DNA of 64,000 nt, from positions 1,504,001 through 1,568,000 of the forward strand of contig CAVXRD010000001.1 of NCBI GenBank assembly GCA_963764165.1, written 5' to 3'. This DNA comes from an uncultured Verrucomicrobiae bacterium. GTDB lineage: Bacteria > Verrucomicrobiota > Verrucomicrobiia > Limisphaerales > Palsa-1400. Below the pieces are notes generated by a model that searched no databases, had not been told where the DNA came from, and was given only the letters and a program-made list of their open reading frames with translations. A program made the position numbers and the translations under genes. Of the stretch, positions 34,110 through 44,619 are shown piece by piece. Numbering within the stretch: the first letter of the stretch is position 1; each line of letters begins with the position of its first letter.

Positions 34110-34559
34110 TCACCAAAGAAATTGGTCCCTATGGAGACGTTGCATAAGCCCCTTGAAGTCGAATCCCAAATCAAGCTCAAGCACCTCGTGGTAGTAGAAC
34201 CAACCGTAATCGGCGATTTCAGAATGTTGGACTTCGATGGCACCCTTACATATTCCTAGAAACTTGAAATAATTGCTCTCCGGCGTGAGTTGAGTTTCGT
34301 AGAGTGATTGGGGCTTAAAGGTAAGATTCACCTCCTCTAAGAACTCACGAGTGACCGTTTCCAAAGGAGTCTCGTTGAGAAGGCCCTTTCCGCCAGGACA
34401 AACCCAACAACCCTTGAATGGACTTTGGGCCCGTTTCACCAAAAGAATTCTCCCTTTAACGATGACTATTCCTGCACAAGAATGTCGTCTGACATCGTTT
34501 TCCTTCCCCAAGTTCTCGCAGTCAACGGGGACTGAACTGAAGGTTTTCTCAGAAGGCAT
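34110..34559 (-). CDS. NUDIX hydrolase (MutT-like)
   Basis: ILLVKR...WVCPGGKGLLNETPLETVTREFLEEV; start uncertain. Confidence 0.8.
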   Translation of the reverse strand: MPSEKTFSSVPVDCENLGKENDVRRHSCAGIVIVKGRILLVKRAQSPFKGCWVCPGGKGLLNETPLETVTREFLEEVNLTFKPQSLYETQLTPESNYFKFLGICKGAIEVQHSEIADYGWFYYHEVLELDLGFDFKGLMQRLHRDQFLW

Positions 34560-35014
34560 AGTGGAAAATCTTAACCCATGGAAGGGGCAACCTCCCACTG
34601 CCACTGATTTTGACATTGGCATTCATATGGGGACATTGTTTCACGGAGAGTCCATTATTGCAAGCCAATCCGAGTGTCGCGTAGTTTTCAAACCAGGACG
34701 TGGCGCAATTTTTGCGATTGGTATAAACGATCACGGGTTTCGCTTTTTTGTCGGGTGGCGCAGCGCGAACGGAATGATGTCCGGTAGGATGGAGGCACAG
34801 GACGACTTTGGCGCCCGGGGAGGCGGAGAGCGCCTGAGGGTAATTCCACGGCGGCCAGTCAGCGCGGGCCTTGGCCGCCTCGCTGGGCTTGGTTTTCCTC
34901 GGCGACCAGCAACAGTTGGTCGCCGATTTTTAATACGCAGGAAACTATTCGGTGAACTGGCAGAAGCATCTAGTTCCATTCGGAATTGTATCAAGGCCGG
35001 TGAGGGATCTCTGG

Positions 35015-35524
35015 TTATTCCCTGCCCCGCAAAAAATGCTCCGCAAGCGCCACAGCATCAAAAATGTCCATTCGGCAATCATCGCTCGTCCAAAGTTTGG
35101 GCTTTGGAGGCAAACGAGGGATCAATTCTTCCGGGAAGCGAGCGGCCAGATATTCGGCCAGGGCATGTTTTGTCCCTTGCTCATCCGCCAGAAAATCAAG
35201 GTTCATCTGCTTCCGGGAGCACTGTTTCACCTTGATCTTCCCATCCTTTGCCATAAGGACAATCTCATCAAGCAGTGCCCGTATCCGTTCCGAGCGCCGC
35301 GACCCTTTGGCCCAGGCATCTTCGATTGCGATGGCGTTTGGGTGATAAAGGGCAATCAGGTTTCCAATATTCGAGAGGCAGCGGGCATTCTTGTCCCCAC
35401 CCTTTACCGTTTTGACGCCCCAAGCAACGAGGGTGTTCTCCCCCTCCATCACGGCAAAACCGCAGCCGAAGGCAGATGGCGCAAGTCCCAAAACGCGGAT
35501 ATTTTTTGAAAGGTGATTTTTCAT
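35015..35524 (-). CDS. RuvC-like (RNase H fold) protein
   Basis: RVLGLAPS..GCGFAV, P.AIAIED, K, DIFDAVALA; first catalytic Asp appears replaced by Ala. Confidence 0.6.
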   Translation of the reverse strand: MKNHLSKNIRVLGLAPSAFGCGFAVMEGENTLVAWGVKTVKGGDKNARCLSNIGNLIALYHPNAIAIEDAWAKGSRRSERIRALLDEIVLMAKDGKIKVKQCSRKQMNLDFLADEQGTKHALAEYLAARFPEELIPRLPPKPKLWTSDDCRMDIFDAVALAEHFLRGRE

Positions 35525-35880
35525 GGGTTTTGTAATTGATTAAGAGGGCCAGTGGGCAAGATCGAAGCGAGGAATTGGCGCTTTCGGGCCGTTTGGGCTT
35601 TTGTATTGCTGCGTAAAGCCTTTTGTTCCAACAACTTGACTCGCGCCTCTAACTCAATTTGAATCTCTTTCACGAGTCCCGGAAAAAGTTCAGAAATAGG
35701 CCGCTTGTAAATCGCTTCATAGACAAGGGCAGATCGAAGGCTGGGGTCCAGAGTGAACCGTTCATGTTGGCAGACTTTGCCGCCGCCTTGAATTCCCAAG
35801 AGGAAAGCCACTTCCGTTTGGGAAAGTGCGGAGCGTTTGCGATGCGATAAAAGATGATTGGAGAGATATTCCGAGGCCAT
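35521..35880 (-). CDS. XRE-family HTH protein
   Basis: HRKRSALSQTEVAFLLG...ELFPG; start uncertain. Confidence 0.65.
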   Translation of the reverse strand: MASEYLSNHLLSHRKRSALSQTEVAFLLGIQGGGKVCQHERFTLDPSLRSALVYEAIYKRPISELFPGLVKEIQIELEARVKLLEQKALRSNTKAQTARKRQFLASILPTGPLNQLQNP

Positions 35881-36132
35881 AAAGTGTGTTTTGGTGAACC
35901 GCACGGGCGAGTCCAGAATGCAACACTAATGGAAAAGAAAGGCACTCAGAAGACTGTGGTCTTTGCCGAAAACGGCAAATTCTACAAAAAACACCGGGCT
36001 TTTTAAGGCTCGGTTAGTGTCAACTATATTATGACATATATATGAATAAATAGCAAATAACCATTCGATATCACCGAAAACGGACAATCCTGCCGTCTAT
36101 CCCCATTCAATGTGCCCGCATACAGTTGAGGA

Positions 36133-36303
36133 ATGAAAATTGAACCAGCCGCACTCCATGAATTAAAACGGATTTGTGCCGAATCCTTCCAACGAACCCT
36201 TTCCGATACAGAGGCACAGGAGATCGGGCAGCGGATCATCCGTTTCCTTATGAATTCCGAAGCGCCCTTTCCTGCCGCTGTCCGCGATGTTGACGCGGAA
36301 TAA
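36133..36303 (+). CDS. Small hypothetical protein upstream of the recombinase (56 aa)
   Basis: Manual translation MKIEPAALHELKRICAESFQRTLSDTEAQEIGQRIIRFL...; GAGG RBS. Confidence 0.55.
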   Translation: MKIEPAALHELKRICAESFQRTLSDTEAQEIGQRIIRFLMNSEAPFPAAVRDVDAE

Positions 36304-36334
36304 TGGTACGTTACGCTTGAACCATCCAATCCCA

Positions 36335-38200
36335 ATGACCCAATATGTAATCTACAGCCGAAAATCGCAGGAGGACGAAGGCAAACAAATTCAATCCATT
36401 CCGGCCCAGGAGGACGAAATGAAACTGGTCGCATCAAGATTGGATTTGACCGTTATCACGCCCCTGTTGAGCGAAGCCAAATCCGCCAAAGCACCTGGCC
36501 GGCCTGTTTTCAATGACATGATGGAGCGGGTTGATCGGGGCGAAATCCGAGGAATACTTTGCTGGAAGCTTGACCGGCTTGCCCGAAACCCGGTTGACGG
36601 CGGACGGATCATTTGGGCGATCAAACAGCATGGCCTGGTCATTCAGACCCCTCACCAAACATTCTCCCAAGCGGAGGATAACATGATTCTCATGTATATC
36701 GAATTCGGCATGGCCCACAAATATGTCGAAGACTTGAGCAGGAACACAACCAGAGGCTTGGAGAAAAAGGCCAAGCTGGGTTGGTATCCCGGCATCGCGC
36801 CACTCGGGTATTTGAACTCAAAAGTGGAGGAACGGGGCAATAAGACCATATTCCGCGACCCCGCCCGCTTTGATGCCGTTCGCCGAATGTGGGACCTCAT
36901 GCTCACCGGGAACGCCAGTCCCACGAGGATTCAGAAGATTGCGAATGATGAATGGGGCTTTCGCACCCGGCAGACAAAGAAAACAGGTGGAAAGCCGATC
37001 TCCCGGAGCACCATCTACAGAATCTTTGCCGACCCGTTCTACTATGGCCGGTTCGAGTATCCAAGAGGCAGCGGCCTCTACTATCCCGGCCTGCATGAGC
37101 CGATGGTCACGAAGGCGGAATTTGAATGTGTGCAGAAGATTCTTCACCGGGAGATCAATCCAAGACCCCGAACAGAATTCGCTTTGCCGTTCCGGGGGGC
37201 CATCAAATGCGGGGAGTGCGGATCGTGCATAACCGCGCACTTCAAAGAGCAGGTCCGATGCACCAAGTGTCACTTCAAATCGTCGGTGAAGAACCGTGCC
37301 GCGTGTTCCAAGTGCGGTTTGGCTTTGAGTGACATGAAAGCGCCCACCATGCGCCGTTACGGTTACTACCATTGCACCCGGACTTTGAATCCGCTCTGTC
37401 GCCAAAAATGTGTGTCGGCGAGCGCGCTTGAGAAGCAGTTGACAGAGAAATTAAAGCCATTCGGGCTTCCAGCAGAGTTGCGGGACTGGGGTTTCCAATA
37501 TATCGAAAAACTGCAAGACCGGGACCTCGACGGGAAGCGGCAAATCCTTGTGGAAAGGAAAAAGGCGTTCGATCAGTGTGTCATTCGGTTGGAAAATCTG
37601 GTGAAGCTCAAAACGGCAGCGGCAAACGCTGACAACAGCCTTCTTTCCGACGAGGAATACCAGAAGCAGCGTGCCGATTTGCTTGCCCAAAAGAGCACAC
37701 TGGCGACTGATACCGCCGCCTTTGAGACGGAGTTGGAGGGCAAAGTTCGACGCACCAAGGAAGCGCTAAAAGTTCTTGGAAAAATACACGACATGGCTCC
37801 CGATGCCGACGCGCTGAGAAAAAGAGAAGTTCTGACCGCATTAGGATTGAACCACGCTTTGAAGGAAAAGGAGCTAGAGATCAGGCCGGAATTTCCCTTT
37901 TCTGACCTGCCGCGTGGAGACAATCTGGAGCAGCGTGATTTGACTCCGATTGAACCAGATAATATGCAGGGCGGACAAGGCCCAAATGGTGTTTTCCGTT
38001 CTGCTTTTCCCGTTCTTGAGCGGGAACGGGACGATGATCGAACCAAATTGTTGAAGATAGCACTCGACACAATCTGGAAGAAAATCGACCCGTCAAAGCA
38101 CTTTACCAAAAAAATCCCGATTACGGAAGGAGGATCGAGCGCACCTGGCGTCCCCGATAGAGGGCATGATACCAAAGGCACCAATAAGTCCAAGACTTGA
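36335..38200 (+). CDS. Large serine recombinase (resolvase + recombinase + Zn ribbon + coiled coil)
   Basis: YSRKS catalytic Ser, SAKAPGRPVF, KLDRLARN, APLGY, Cys clusters. Confidence 0.93.
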   Translation: MTQYVIYSRKSQEDEGKQIQSIPAQEDEMKLVASRLDLTVITPLLSEAKSAKAPGRPVFNDMMERVDRGEIRGILCWKLDRLARNPVDGGRIIWAIKQHGLVIQTPHQTFSQAEDNMILMYIEFGMAHKYVEDLSRNTTRGLEKKAKLGWYPGIAPLGYLNSKVEERGNKTIFRDPARFDAVRRMWDLMLTGNASPTRIQKIANDEWGFRTRQTKKTGGKPISRSTIYRIFADPFYYGRFEYPRGSGLYYPGLHEPMVTKAEFECVQKILHREINPRPRTEFALPFRGAIKCGECGSCITAHFKEQVRCTKCHFKSSVKNRAACSKCGLALSDMKAPTMRRYGYYHCTRTLNPLCRQKCVSASALEKQLTEKLKPFGLPAELRDWGFQYIEKLQDRDLDGKRQILVERKKAFDQCVIRLENLVKLKTAAANADNSLLSDEEYQKQRADLLAQKSTLATDTAAFETELEGKVRRTKEALKVLGKIHDMAPDADALRKREVLTALGLNHALKEKELEIRPEFPFSDLPRGDNLEQRDLTPIEPDNMQGGQGPNGVFRSAFPVLERERDDDRTKLLKIALDTIWKKIDPSKHFTKKIPITEGGSSAPGVPDRGHDTKGTNKSKT

Positions 38201-39207
38201 CAGTTTGCCGAAAACGCCAAATGGCCATACGTCTTGTCGAGTCTTCTACGAGACTATGCCGTGCAATGTGGCGGATAGGTGACAATACAATCATACGCCA
38301 CAAAATTCAATACCGGCAGGGACTTCTCCGATAGCCAAATCAGCAAATAGCCGCCCAAATAGCATTTGCAAACTGCACAGAATGCGTTACATATCGTTGT
38401 TACAAGGACAGATCACACTAATAGCTACCGTTTTCGAACTTATTATCATATTCGATATAGGAAACTGATTCGTCAGTCACGAAATGACTGAAGAACGGGC
38501 CTTAGATTGTCTGTCGGAAAGCACTATATGTCAGACCACAAGAAAATTGAAATAATCAAGCATGAGCAAGAGGGCGGTATACTGTCTCCAGAGAGACACC
38601 GGGCAACAAGCCAATCCGGCGACCAAGTTCGAGCAAGCGAATTCCAAAAGACCCGTGGCGCAGCCGAACAAGAAGCGATTGAACGGCAAAGTGGGAGTCA
38701 AACTCAAAAAAAATAACCCACCCCCATACAGATCACACTGAGGGAGGGTGGGAGACAAATGAACTCCGAAGGGGTTCACTTACCTATGTTTTAAGACGGT
38801 GCGAGACTCAAATCATTACACGGAGCGATTTACCCTGATCGCTCCCCTTTTTTTCCTTACCGTGGGGGACTCAGAGGACGTTAGAACCTACGGCTACAAA
38901 GCGAAACGGGCGGCCGCGCTCATATACGCTCATTTCAAAAAGGAATTCGGATTTCCAGAAGATCACTGAAATTGTCGGATTGGTATGGGACCAACAACAG
39001 GACACAGCTCGAATGTGGGATAACATTTTGGATCGGTTGGCAACATTGAATAGGCAAGGGTTGTTGCCCGATCTCTCGACACTGGCGGCATTTCGGCATA
39101 GAGAGGATACAACAGAGTTGAATGAATGACGAAGACTCCGGATATTGCCGCAAACGGCAAATCCCGCAGCCTATTATCATTCCCCTATTCTTACTACCCT
39201 TATTATC

Positions 39208-39462
39208 ATGCAAAACACACAATTCATTTCAAACCGTCTTCGGGCTTGTCGCAAGGAGACTAACCTCCTGCAAGTAGATGTCGCCAAGTCCCTGGGACTC
39301 GATTGCGCTGATCGCATCTCGCGCTGGGAGAACGGCACTGCCATGCCGAATGTCATCAATCTGTTCAAACTAGCAGCCATCTACAACGTGATGCCCCACG
39401 ACTTATATCCTGAACTTCTTCAGGTCACGAAGGAACAATCGAAATCAACCGAAAATAATTAG
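39208..39462 (+). CDS. XRE-family HTH protein
   Basis: NRLRACRKETNLLQVDVAKSLG...ISRWENGTAMP. Confidence 0.8.
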   Translation: MQNTQFISNRLRACRKETNLLQVDVAKSLGLDCADRISRWENGTAMPNVINLFKLAAIYNVMPHDLYPELLQVTKEQSKSTENN

Positions 39463-39556
39463 GCGGCATCGATACTTATAGCTTTGCATTACATTGACAG
39501 ACAACGCCCTTGTGGAGCACAATGATGCGAACGACTGGCAAAAATCATTACGAACT

Positions 39557-40030
39557 ATGGAAGAAACTCAACCTGTAATTATTCCGACTGAGGCCGCCCT
39601 GCGGGCAATGGTCGAGGCGGCTGCGCGTTTGACGATGCGAGACGAAATCGCCATATTAAAAAACGGCAAAGTCGAAAGAACCTTTTCTTCCTATTTTGCG
39701 AATAAAATCGCAGAGACAATTTGCATGGCAAATGTGCGCGCCGATCCATTTTACAACAAACATTTGGGCGCCACAAAGATACTCGACGGAAAGGTCATTG
39801 AGTTGGATATAGCCGTTCACGAGAGAAACAGCGACAAGAACAATTTGGTTGCAATAGAACTTGAAACAACGAATCACCCAAAGAGAGATGATATTTGGAA
39901 ATTGGAGAAGTTGACGCAGCAACTCTATGGCTTCGGGTATAAGCTCGGTTTTTATATTGTGTTCGGCGTAAAAAAAGAAGCTGGGAAAATCAGCATTGCA
40001 GAATGGTTCAAAAATGGCACGATCTTGTGA
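39557..40030 (+). CDS. Hypothetical protein, PD-(D/E)XK-like
   Basis: ERT..., DPFYN, DIAVHER...NLVAIELE pattern. Confidence 0.5.
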   Translation: MEETQPVIIPTEAALRAMVEAAARLTMRDEIAILKNGKVERTFSSYFANKIAETICMANVRADPFYNKHLGATKILDGKVIELDIAVHERNSDKNNLVAIELETTNHPKRDDIWKLEKLTQQLYGFGYKLGFYIVFGVKKEAGKISIAEWFKNGTIL

Positions 40031-40232
40031 TTTGTTACTTCTAACAAGTTGTGACCAACAACAGGACACACCTCGAACCTGGGACCGAATACTCAGTAAA
40101 TTAACGGAACTTGCCGAAAAGGGCCTCTTGCCAGATTTGACTACCCTGTTCATAGGTGGGGGACATCATACCAAGAGTGCCAATGAGACCAAGACTGTGG
40201 CCTTTGCCGAAAGCAACCAAACGGAGCAATAG

Positions 40233-41006
40233 TCACCTCACGCTATCGACTGGAGGATCGAGTTTCTTTTCACCGGCATCATGCGGTTTTCGGGCACGAG
40301 GGGCGTTTTCCGTGCTTTCAAAAAGCCGTTCAGCATATGCAAAGGCGGGAATTTTCACCCATGCGGGCTTAATCGTGAAAATCCACCAATAAAGAAGCAG
40401 TGCGTTCGCTGCCGTGCAGACCCATGGAGCGATTTTTGGGTCGCCAGAATGAACAAACCAGATGCCCGCACCACCACTCACGACGATACCAAGGAGCGTA
40501 ACCATAACTCCCGTCGAGCGCAAAGCAAACAGATTTCGGCAAAACCCGTATTGGACGTTTTCCTTATGTAACAAAGGATACTTTTTAGTGTCGCGGGTTT
40601 TGCCGATTTGGAGCTTCACTGCCGCGTTATAAATATCATCCGCGCCGGAGGGATTAGAAACTTCTTCCTCTGCCGTAGGAAATGCCTTTCCCAGCAGCTT
40701 GTGAAGACTTTTGTGCCAACGTTCCCGCATAACCGGATTTGCTGGCCCTGAATGGCGGAGGAATTGTGTAGTTGGCGCACCGCCCCAAGATTGCCAAAGA
40801 CCGGGTTCAATTCTTTTTCCGAAATTGCGAGCAAGTATTGCGAGGAAAAATGTGCCGCCAGCCGTTGAAAAAAGCGTCCAGAGAGCCGACTGCCATTTGA
40901 CGCCGGGACCCGTCCATGCGAACACACCAATTGCAGCAGGTAGCAAGGTCAAAAGCGCCGGTTGAACCCGCGCCCGCAAGCTGTAATAGTCAAACAAATT
41001 AGTCAT
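40233..41006 (-). CDS. Membrane protein coupled to the MBL hydrolase
   Basis: DYYSLRARVQPALL, WGGAPTT..LR, EN..YGF.RNL; 2+2 TM segments; 8-bp overlap with the upstream gene. Confidence 0.75.
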   Translation of the reverse strand: MTNLFDYYSLRARVQPALLTLLPAAIGVFAWTGPGVKWQSALWTLFSTAGGTFFLAILARNFGKRIEPGLWQSWGGAPTTQFLRHSGPANPVMRERWHKSLHKLLGKAFPTAEEEVSNPSGADDIYNAAVKLQIGKTRDTKKYPLLHKENVQYGFCRNLFALRSTGVMVTLLGIVVSGGAGIWFVHSGDPKIAPWVCTAANALLLYWWIFTIKPAWVKIPAFAYAERLFESTENAPRARKPHDAGEKKLDPPVDSVR

Positions 41007-42096
41007 CGTTTTCTACTTGGGTATAAAATTGTATTGGTTCGATTGACCCGTATGTGCTTCTGGCAGGTGCTTGATCGCGCAGCCAAATATTGATCCCGGC
41101 TGTGGCGTGGACGGATGCTCCACGGCGGCGGAGGGCGTTGGTCACCTTTTTGTGGGGATGTTTCGGCGCGCCATCTTTTGCTGCGGAGATATAAGCATAC
41201 CAATCTTTTGCATCCAGTCCTCGGACGCCTCCAAATAGACGATTGAGCACTGAGGGGCCGAGATTCCGACGGCTTCCGTGGTGTGGCACATCGAAGAAAT
41301 ATAGTCCCGCGAGCGAAATCCCGTTTGCGTCTACAAATGCAATCGCCGCCTGTAGCGCGGGAACGCCTGCATCGCCTGTGAACAGGAACTTCTTGTCATC
41401 CACATCAAGGGTGAAAATCACGGATGAATTATTCTCGGAACTTGTCGCGTCTGGAGCAGGCTCTTGGAGCTTTTCCGTGAACCAATTCTCCGAGACCCAA
41501 TTCGCAACCGTGGCTCCCAACGCCCTGAGTGCCTCCCCAAGACGTGCAGAAGTAGTTTGGATTTCAGTTCCTGGCATAAATCTGAATCCCGCGAGCATTT
41601 CTTGGTAAAAATCTTTTGTCGGCCCAATGACGCGTAGTCCAAGCCCGCTTGCACCGGCAAAAGGCTCGATAACGGGGATCCCCTTTTCCTTCGCGAGCTG
41701 TTCAATCTCTCGCACAGTGGAGAGATTCCGTTTGGCATTTTCCCGTATCGAATCGGTCGTCACGCGACCGTCATCCAAGAATTCTTTGACATCGCTTGAA
41801 TGATTCCAAGGCAAGTGCATCGCCAATTGTTTCACTTTCAGCCCCTCCAAGATGTTGCGCATTCCCGATGCGTGATCCGTATCGGCATGCGACAATATTG
41901 CAATGTCCACTGTGTCGGTCCCATAATACGTTTTGACATGCTTCACCAGTGCATCGCCGGATTCCAATGTTCCACCGTCGATTGTGACGACGGTCTGCTC
42001 ATTGCGTTGACCAAAGAGGTTGCCGTAGCGCAGACATACCGCATGTGCGCTTCGCTCACCATCGCCCGCCGCTAAATAATCGATTTCGTATCCCAT
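40999..42096 (-). CDS. ComEC/Rec2-like metallo-beta-lactamase fold hydrolase
   Basis: IDGG, SHADTDHASG, NNSS, FTGDAG, VPHHGS, HPH. Confidence 0.88.
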   Translation of the reverse strand: MGYEIDYLAAGDGERSAHAVCLRYGNLFGQRNEQTVVTIDGGTLESGDALVKHVKTYYGTDTVDIAILSHADTDHASGMRNILEGLKVKQLAMHLPWNHSSDVKEFLDDGRVTTDSIRENAKRNLSTVREIEQLAKEKGIPVIEPFAGASGLGLRVIGPTKDFYQEMLAGFRFMPGTEIQTTSARLGEALRALGATVANWVSENWFTEKLQEPAPDATSSENNSSVIFTLDVDDKKFLFTGDAGVPALQAAIAFVDANGISLAGLYFFDVPHHGSRRNLGPSVLNRLFGGVRGLDAKDWYAYISAAKDGAPKHPHKKVTNALRRRGASVHATAGINIWLRDQAPARSTYGSIEPIQFYTQVENDD

Positions 42097-42097
42097 A

Positions 42098-42132
42098 TTG
42101 ACTTTATATATGTTATATCATAACATGCACTC
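42098..42132 (+). promoter_or_regulatory. Putative sigma-70 promoter with overlapping palindromic operator for the RM operon
   Basis: TTGACT (42098), 17 bp, TAACAT (42121); palindrome ATGTTAT-ATC-ATAACAT at 42110-42126; ATG at 42133. Confidence 0.55.
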
Positions 42133-44619
42133 ATGCAAAATGCAATAAAAATCGATGAGCGCCTCCGTTTACTTCGTTCAAAGTTGAACCTGAGCCAAGA
42201 ACAATTGGCGTCACGTCTAAATATCTCATTTGCAACGGTTAATCGCTGGGAAAGCGGCAAGGTGAAGCCGCAAAAGGCTCAACTTGACTCACTCGATAAA
42301 CTCATGGGGGAAGCTGGCATTCAGGATGGAGATAAGGGCAATGTTGCGGAGGGTGATGGAGCTTCTGCGCAGCAGCCCCGCCGTCGTCGAGGGGTTGCAA
42401 AAAGCGCCGTGCTCGGAAACCGGGGCATGGAGCAGATGCTTTGGGACGCGGCATGCTCGATACGCGGCGAAAAGGACGCGCCGAAATTCAAAGATTATTT
42501 GCTCCCGCTGCTTTTCATCAAACGCCTGTCGGACGTTTTCGACGACGAAACGCAACGGCTCGCCGATCAGTTTGGCGACCGCGCCACCGCCCTTGAAGTC
42601 CTGGAAGACGATCACAAACTGGTCCGCTTTTACATCCCGCCCGAGGCACGCTGGCCGGTGGTGAGCGGACGCGAGGCGTTCAAATGGCCAAAGGACAAAA
42701 CGCCGAAGGGTCTTGGCGAACAACTCACCACGACCATTCGCGGCATCGTGAAACACAATCCGTCGCTCGCGGGCGTGATTGATATTGTGGATTTCAACGA
42801 AACCCGAAACGGCGAGCGCGAGATTAGCGACTCCGCGTTAAAGGGTATCATCGAAACTTTCTCTGACGCCCGCTACCGGCTTGGCTTGCACGACGTAGAA
42901 CCTGATTTTCTCGGACGCTGTTACGAATACCTTTTACGGAAGTTCGCCGAAGGCCAGGGGCAAAGCGCCGGAGAGTTTTTCACACCCACCGAAGTCGGCT
43001 TTCTAATCGCCGAAATAATGCGGCCACGACCCGGCGAGGAATGTTACGACTACGCTTGCGGCTCGTTTGGTCTGCTTGTCAAATTGCAAATCATCTGTCG
43101 CCGCCTCGATCCCCTTTCAAAAGTCCCGCTTAAGCTTTATGGCCAAGAACGAGAGGCATCTAGTTATGCCATCGCTTGTATGAACAGAATAATTCATGAT
43201 ATGGAGGGCCAAGTGGCGCGCGGTGACTCTATGCGCAATCCCAAATTCAAAGACAGCGATACCCGGCTGAAACAGTTTGATATTGTGGTCGCAAATCCCA
43301 TGTGGAACCAATCGTTTGATGCCGACGTTTTCGAAAACGACCCTTTTGAACGCTTCGAGGAGCAAGGCGGTGTCACCACCACCAAGGGTGATTGGGCTTG
43401 GTTACAACACACGCTCGCGGCGTTGAAAAATGCGGGGCGAGCAGCCGTCGTCATGGATACAGGGGCAGTCACGCGCGGAAGCGGCAGTAAGAACGAGGAC
43501 AAGGAGCGCAACATACGCAAATGGTTTGTGGACCACGACCTGATTGATGGCGTTATACTATTACCGGACAACCTCTTTTATAACATGAATGCGGCAGGGG
43601 TGATAATTATATTGCGTAAGCAAAAGCCAAAAGAACGAAAAGGCCGCATTTTTCTCGTGGATGCAAGCAGCCAGCGCCAGAAAGGCAATCCCAAAAACTT
43701 CATTCCAGAATCAAGCATCAAAACGATTGCAACAGCTTTTCATAAAGGAGAGGCAGTGGATGGATTTCTTTCAGTGATCACAAATCAGGAAGCATCCAAC
43801 AATGACTACAATCTTCATCCTTCACGCTTTTGCTCTACGACTGCAAAGAACACACACCATAGCGCAGATGCACTTAGAAAGGAGTTAGATGCCCTTGAAC
43901 TTGAGGCGACTTCAATTGAAAAAGGTTTAGCCAGAATCTTGAGTAAATTTAACGTTTCGATGGATATCGATGAAGCTCCCTTGCCAGATGATTGGCAGTC
44001 TTCTGTGCTCGAAACATTTTATCGCATCACAAAGAAGCCGAAGGGCCTTGCTCTGGACGGAATCGACACAATTCCGTTTATTCCAATGGAATTGGTTCCT
44101 GCCAAGGGGACTCATAAAACTCCATTTAATCTCAAAAAACGAAAGGATATCACGAGCGGCACATACTTTGAAAAAGGTGACGTTTTGCTCTCGAAAATCA
44201 CGCCTTCCTTTGAAAATGGAAAACAAGGCATAGCCGATGAAATTCCGAGTGCTTTCGGCTACGCGACCACCGAAGTGATACCCATTCACTCACTACCCAA
44301 TGTGAGCAACAAGTATTTTCTGTTCTATTGGCTCTTACAGCAATCGGCGCGCTCTTGGCTTGAGGCTAGAATGGAAGGAAGCACCGGGCGGCAACGTGTT
44401 CAGGAACATTCAGTTAAGGAGATTCCATTCAGTAAACCTCCTTTTGAGGAAGAAAAGAAGATTGCCGCCGTGCTAAGAAAAATTCAGCGCATGATTGAAA
44501 TTAGAGAACGACAGACTTTTCTTCTGCGAGAGCTGTTCAAGGGTTCATTGAATATCCTCATGACTGGTCGCGTGCGGATAAACGATCTCGACATTGATAC
44601 AAAGGATATCGAGTCATGA
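42133..44619 (+). CDS. hsdM: Type I RM methyltransferase fused to an N-terminal XRE HTH and a C-terminal single-TRD HsdS half
   Basis: [37 protein letters not shown]; then LPDDW...[16 protein letters not shown]...GSTGRQRV...[13 protein letters not shown]...LMTGR. Confidence 0.88.
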   Translation: MQNAIKIDERLRLLRSKLNLSQEQLASRLNISFATVNRWESGKVKPQKAQLDSLDKLMGEAGIQDGDKGNVAEGDGASAQQPRRRRGVAKSAVLGNRGMEQMLWDAACSIRGEKDAPKFKDYLLPLLFIKRLSDVFDDETQRLADQFGDRATALEVLEDDHKLVRFYIPPEARWPVVSGREAFKWPKDKTPKGLGEQLTTTIRGIVKHNPSLAGVIDIVDFNETRNGEREISDSALKGIIETFSDARYRLGLHDVEPDFLGRCYEYLLRKFAEGQGQSAGEFFTPTEVGFLIAEIMRPRPGEECYDYACGSFGLLVKLQIICRRLDPLSKVPLKLYGQEREASSYAIACMNRIIHDMEGQVARGDSMRNPKFKDSDTRLKQFDIVVANPMWNQSFDADVFENDPFERFEEQGGVTTTKGDWAWLQHTLAALKNAGRAAVVMDTGAVTRGSGSKNEDKERNIRKWFVDHDLIDGVILLPDNLFYNMNAAGVIIILRKQKPKERKGRIFLVDASSQRQKGNPKNFIPESSIKTIATAFHKGEAVDGFLSVITNQEASNNDYNLHPSRFCSTTAKNTHHSADALRKELDALELEATSIEKGLARILSKFNVSMDIDEAPLPDDWQSSVLETFYRITKKPKGLALDGIDTIPFIPMELVPAKGTHKTPFNLKKRKDITSGTYFEKGDVLLSKITPSFENGKQGIADEIPSAFGYATTEVIPIHSLPNVSNKYFLFYWLLQQSARSWLEARMEGSTGRQRVQEHSVKEIPFSKPPFEEEKKIAAVLRKIQRMIEIRERQTFLLRELFKGSLNILMTGRVRINDLDIDTKDIES

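Noticed and set aside
34351..35235. 294-aa plus-strand ORF
   Set aside because: Overlaps the NUDIX and RuvC-like genes antisense and has no recognisable motifs.
35015..35524. TnpB/Cas12-like RuvC nuclease
   Set aside because: Only 169 aa, with no Zn finger or REC/WED regions and no associated array.
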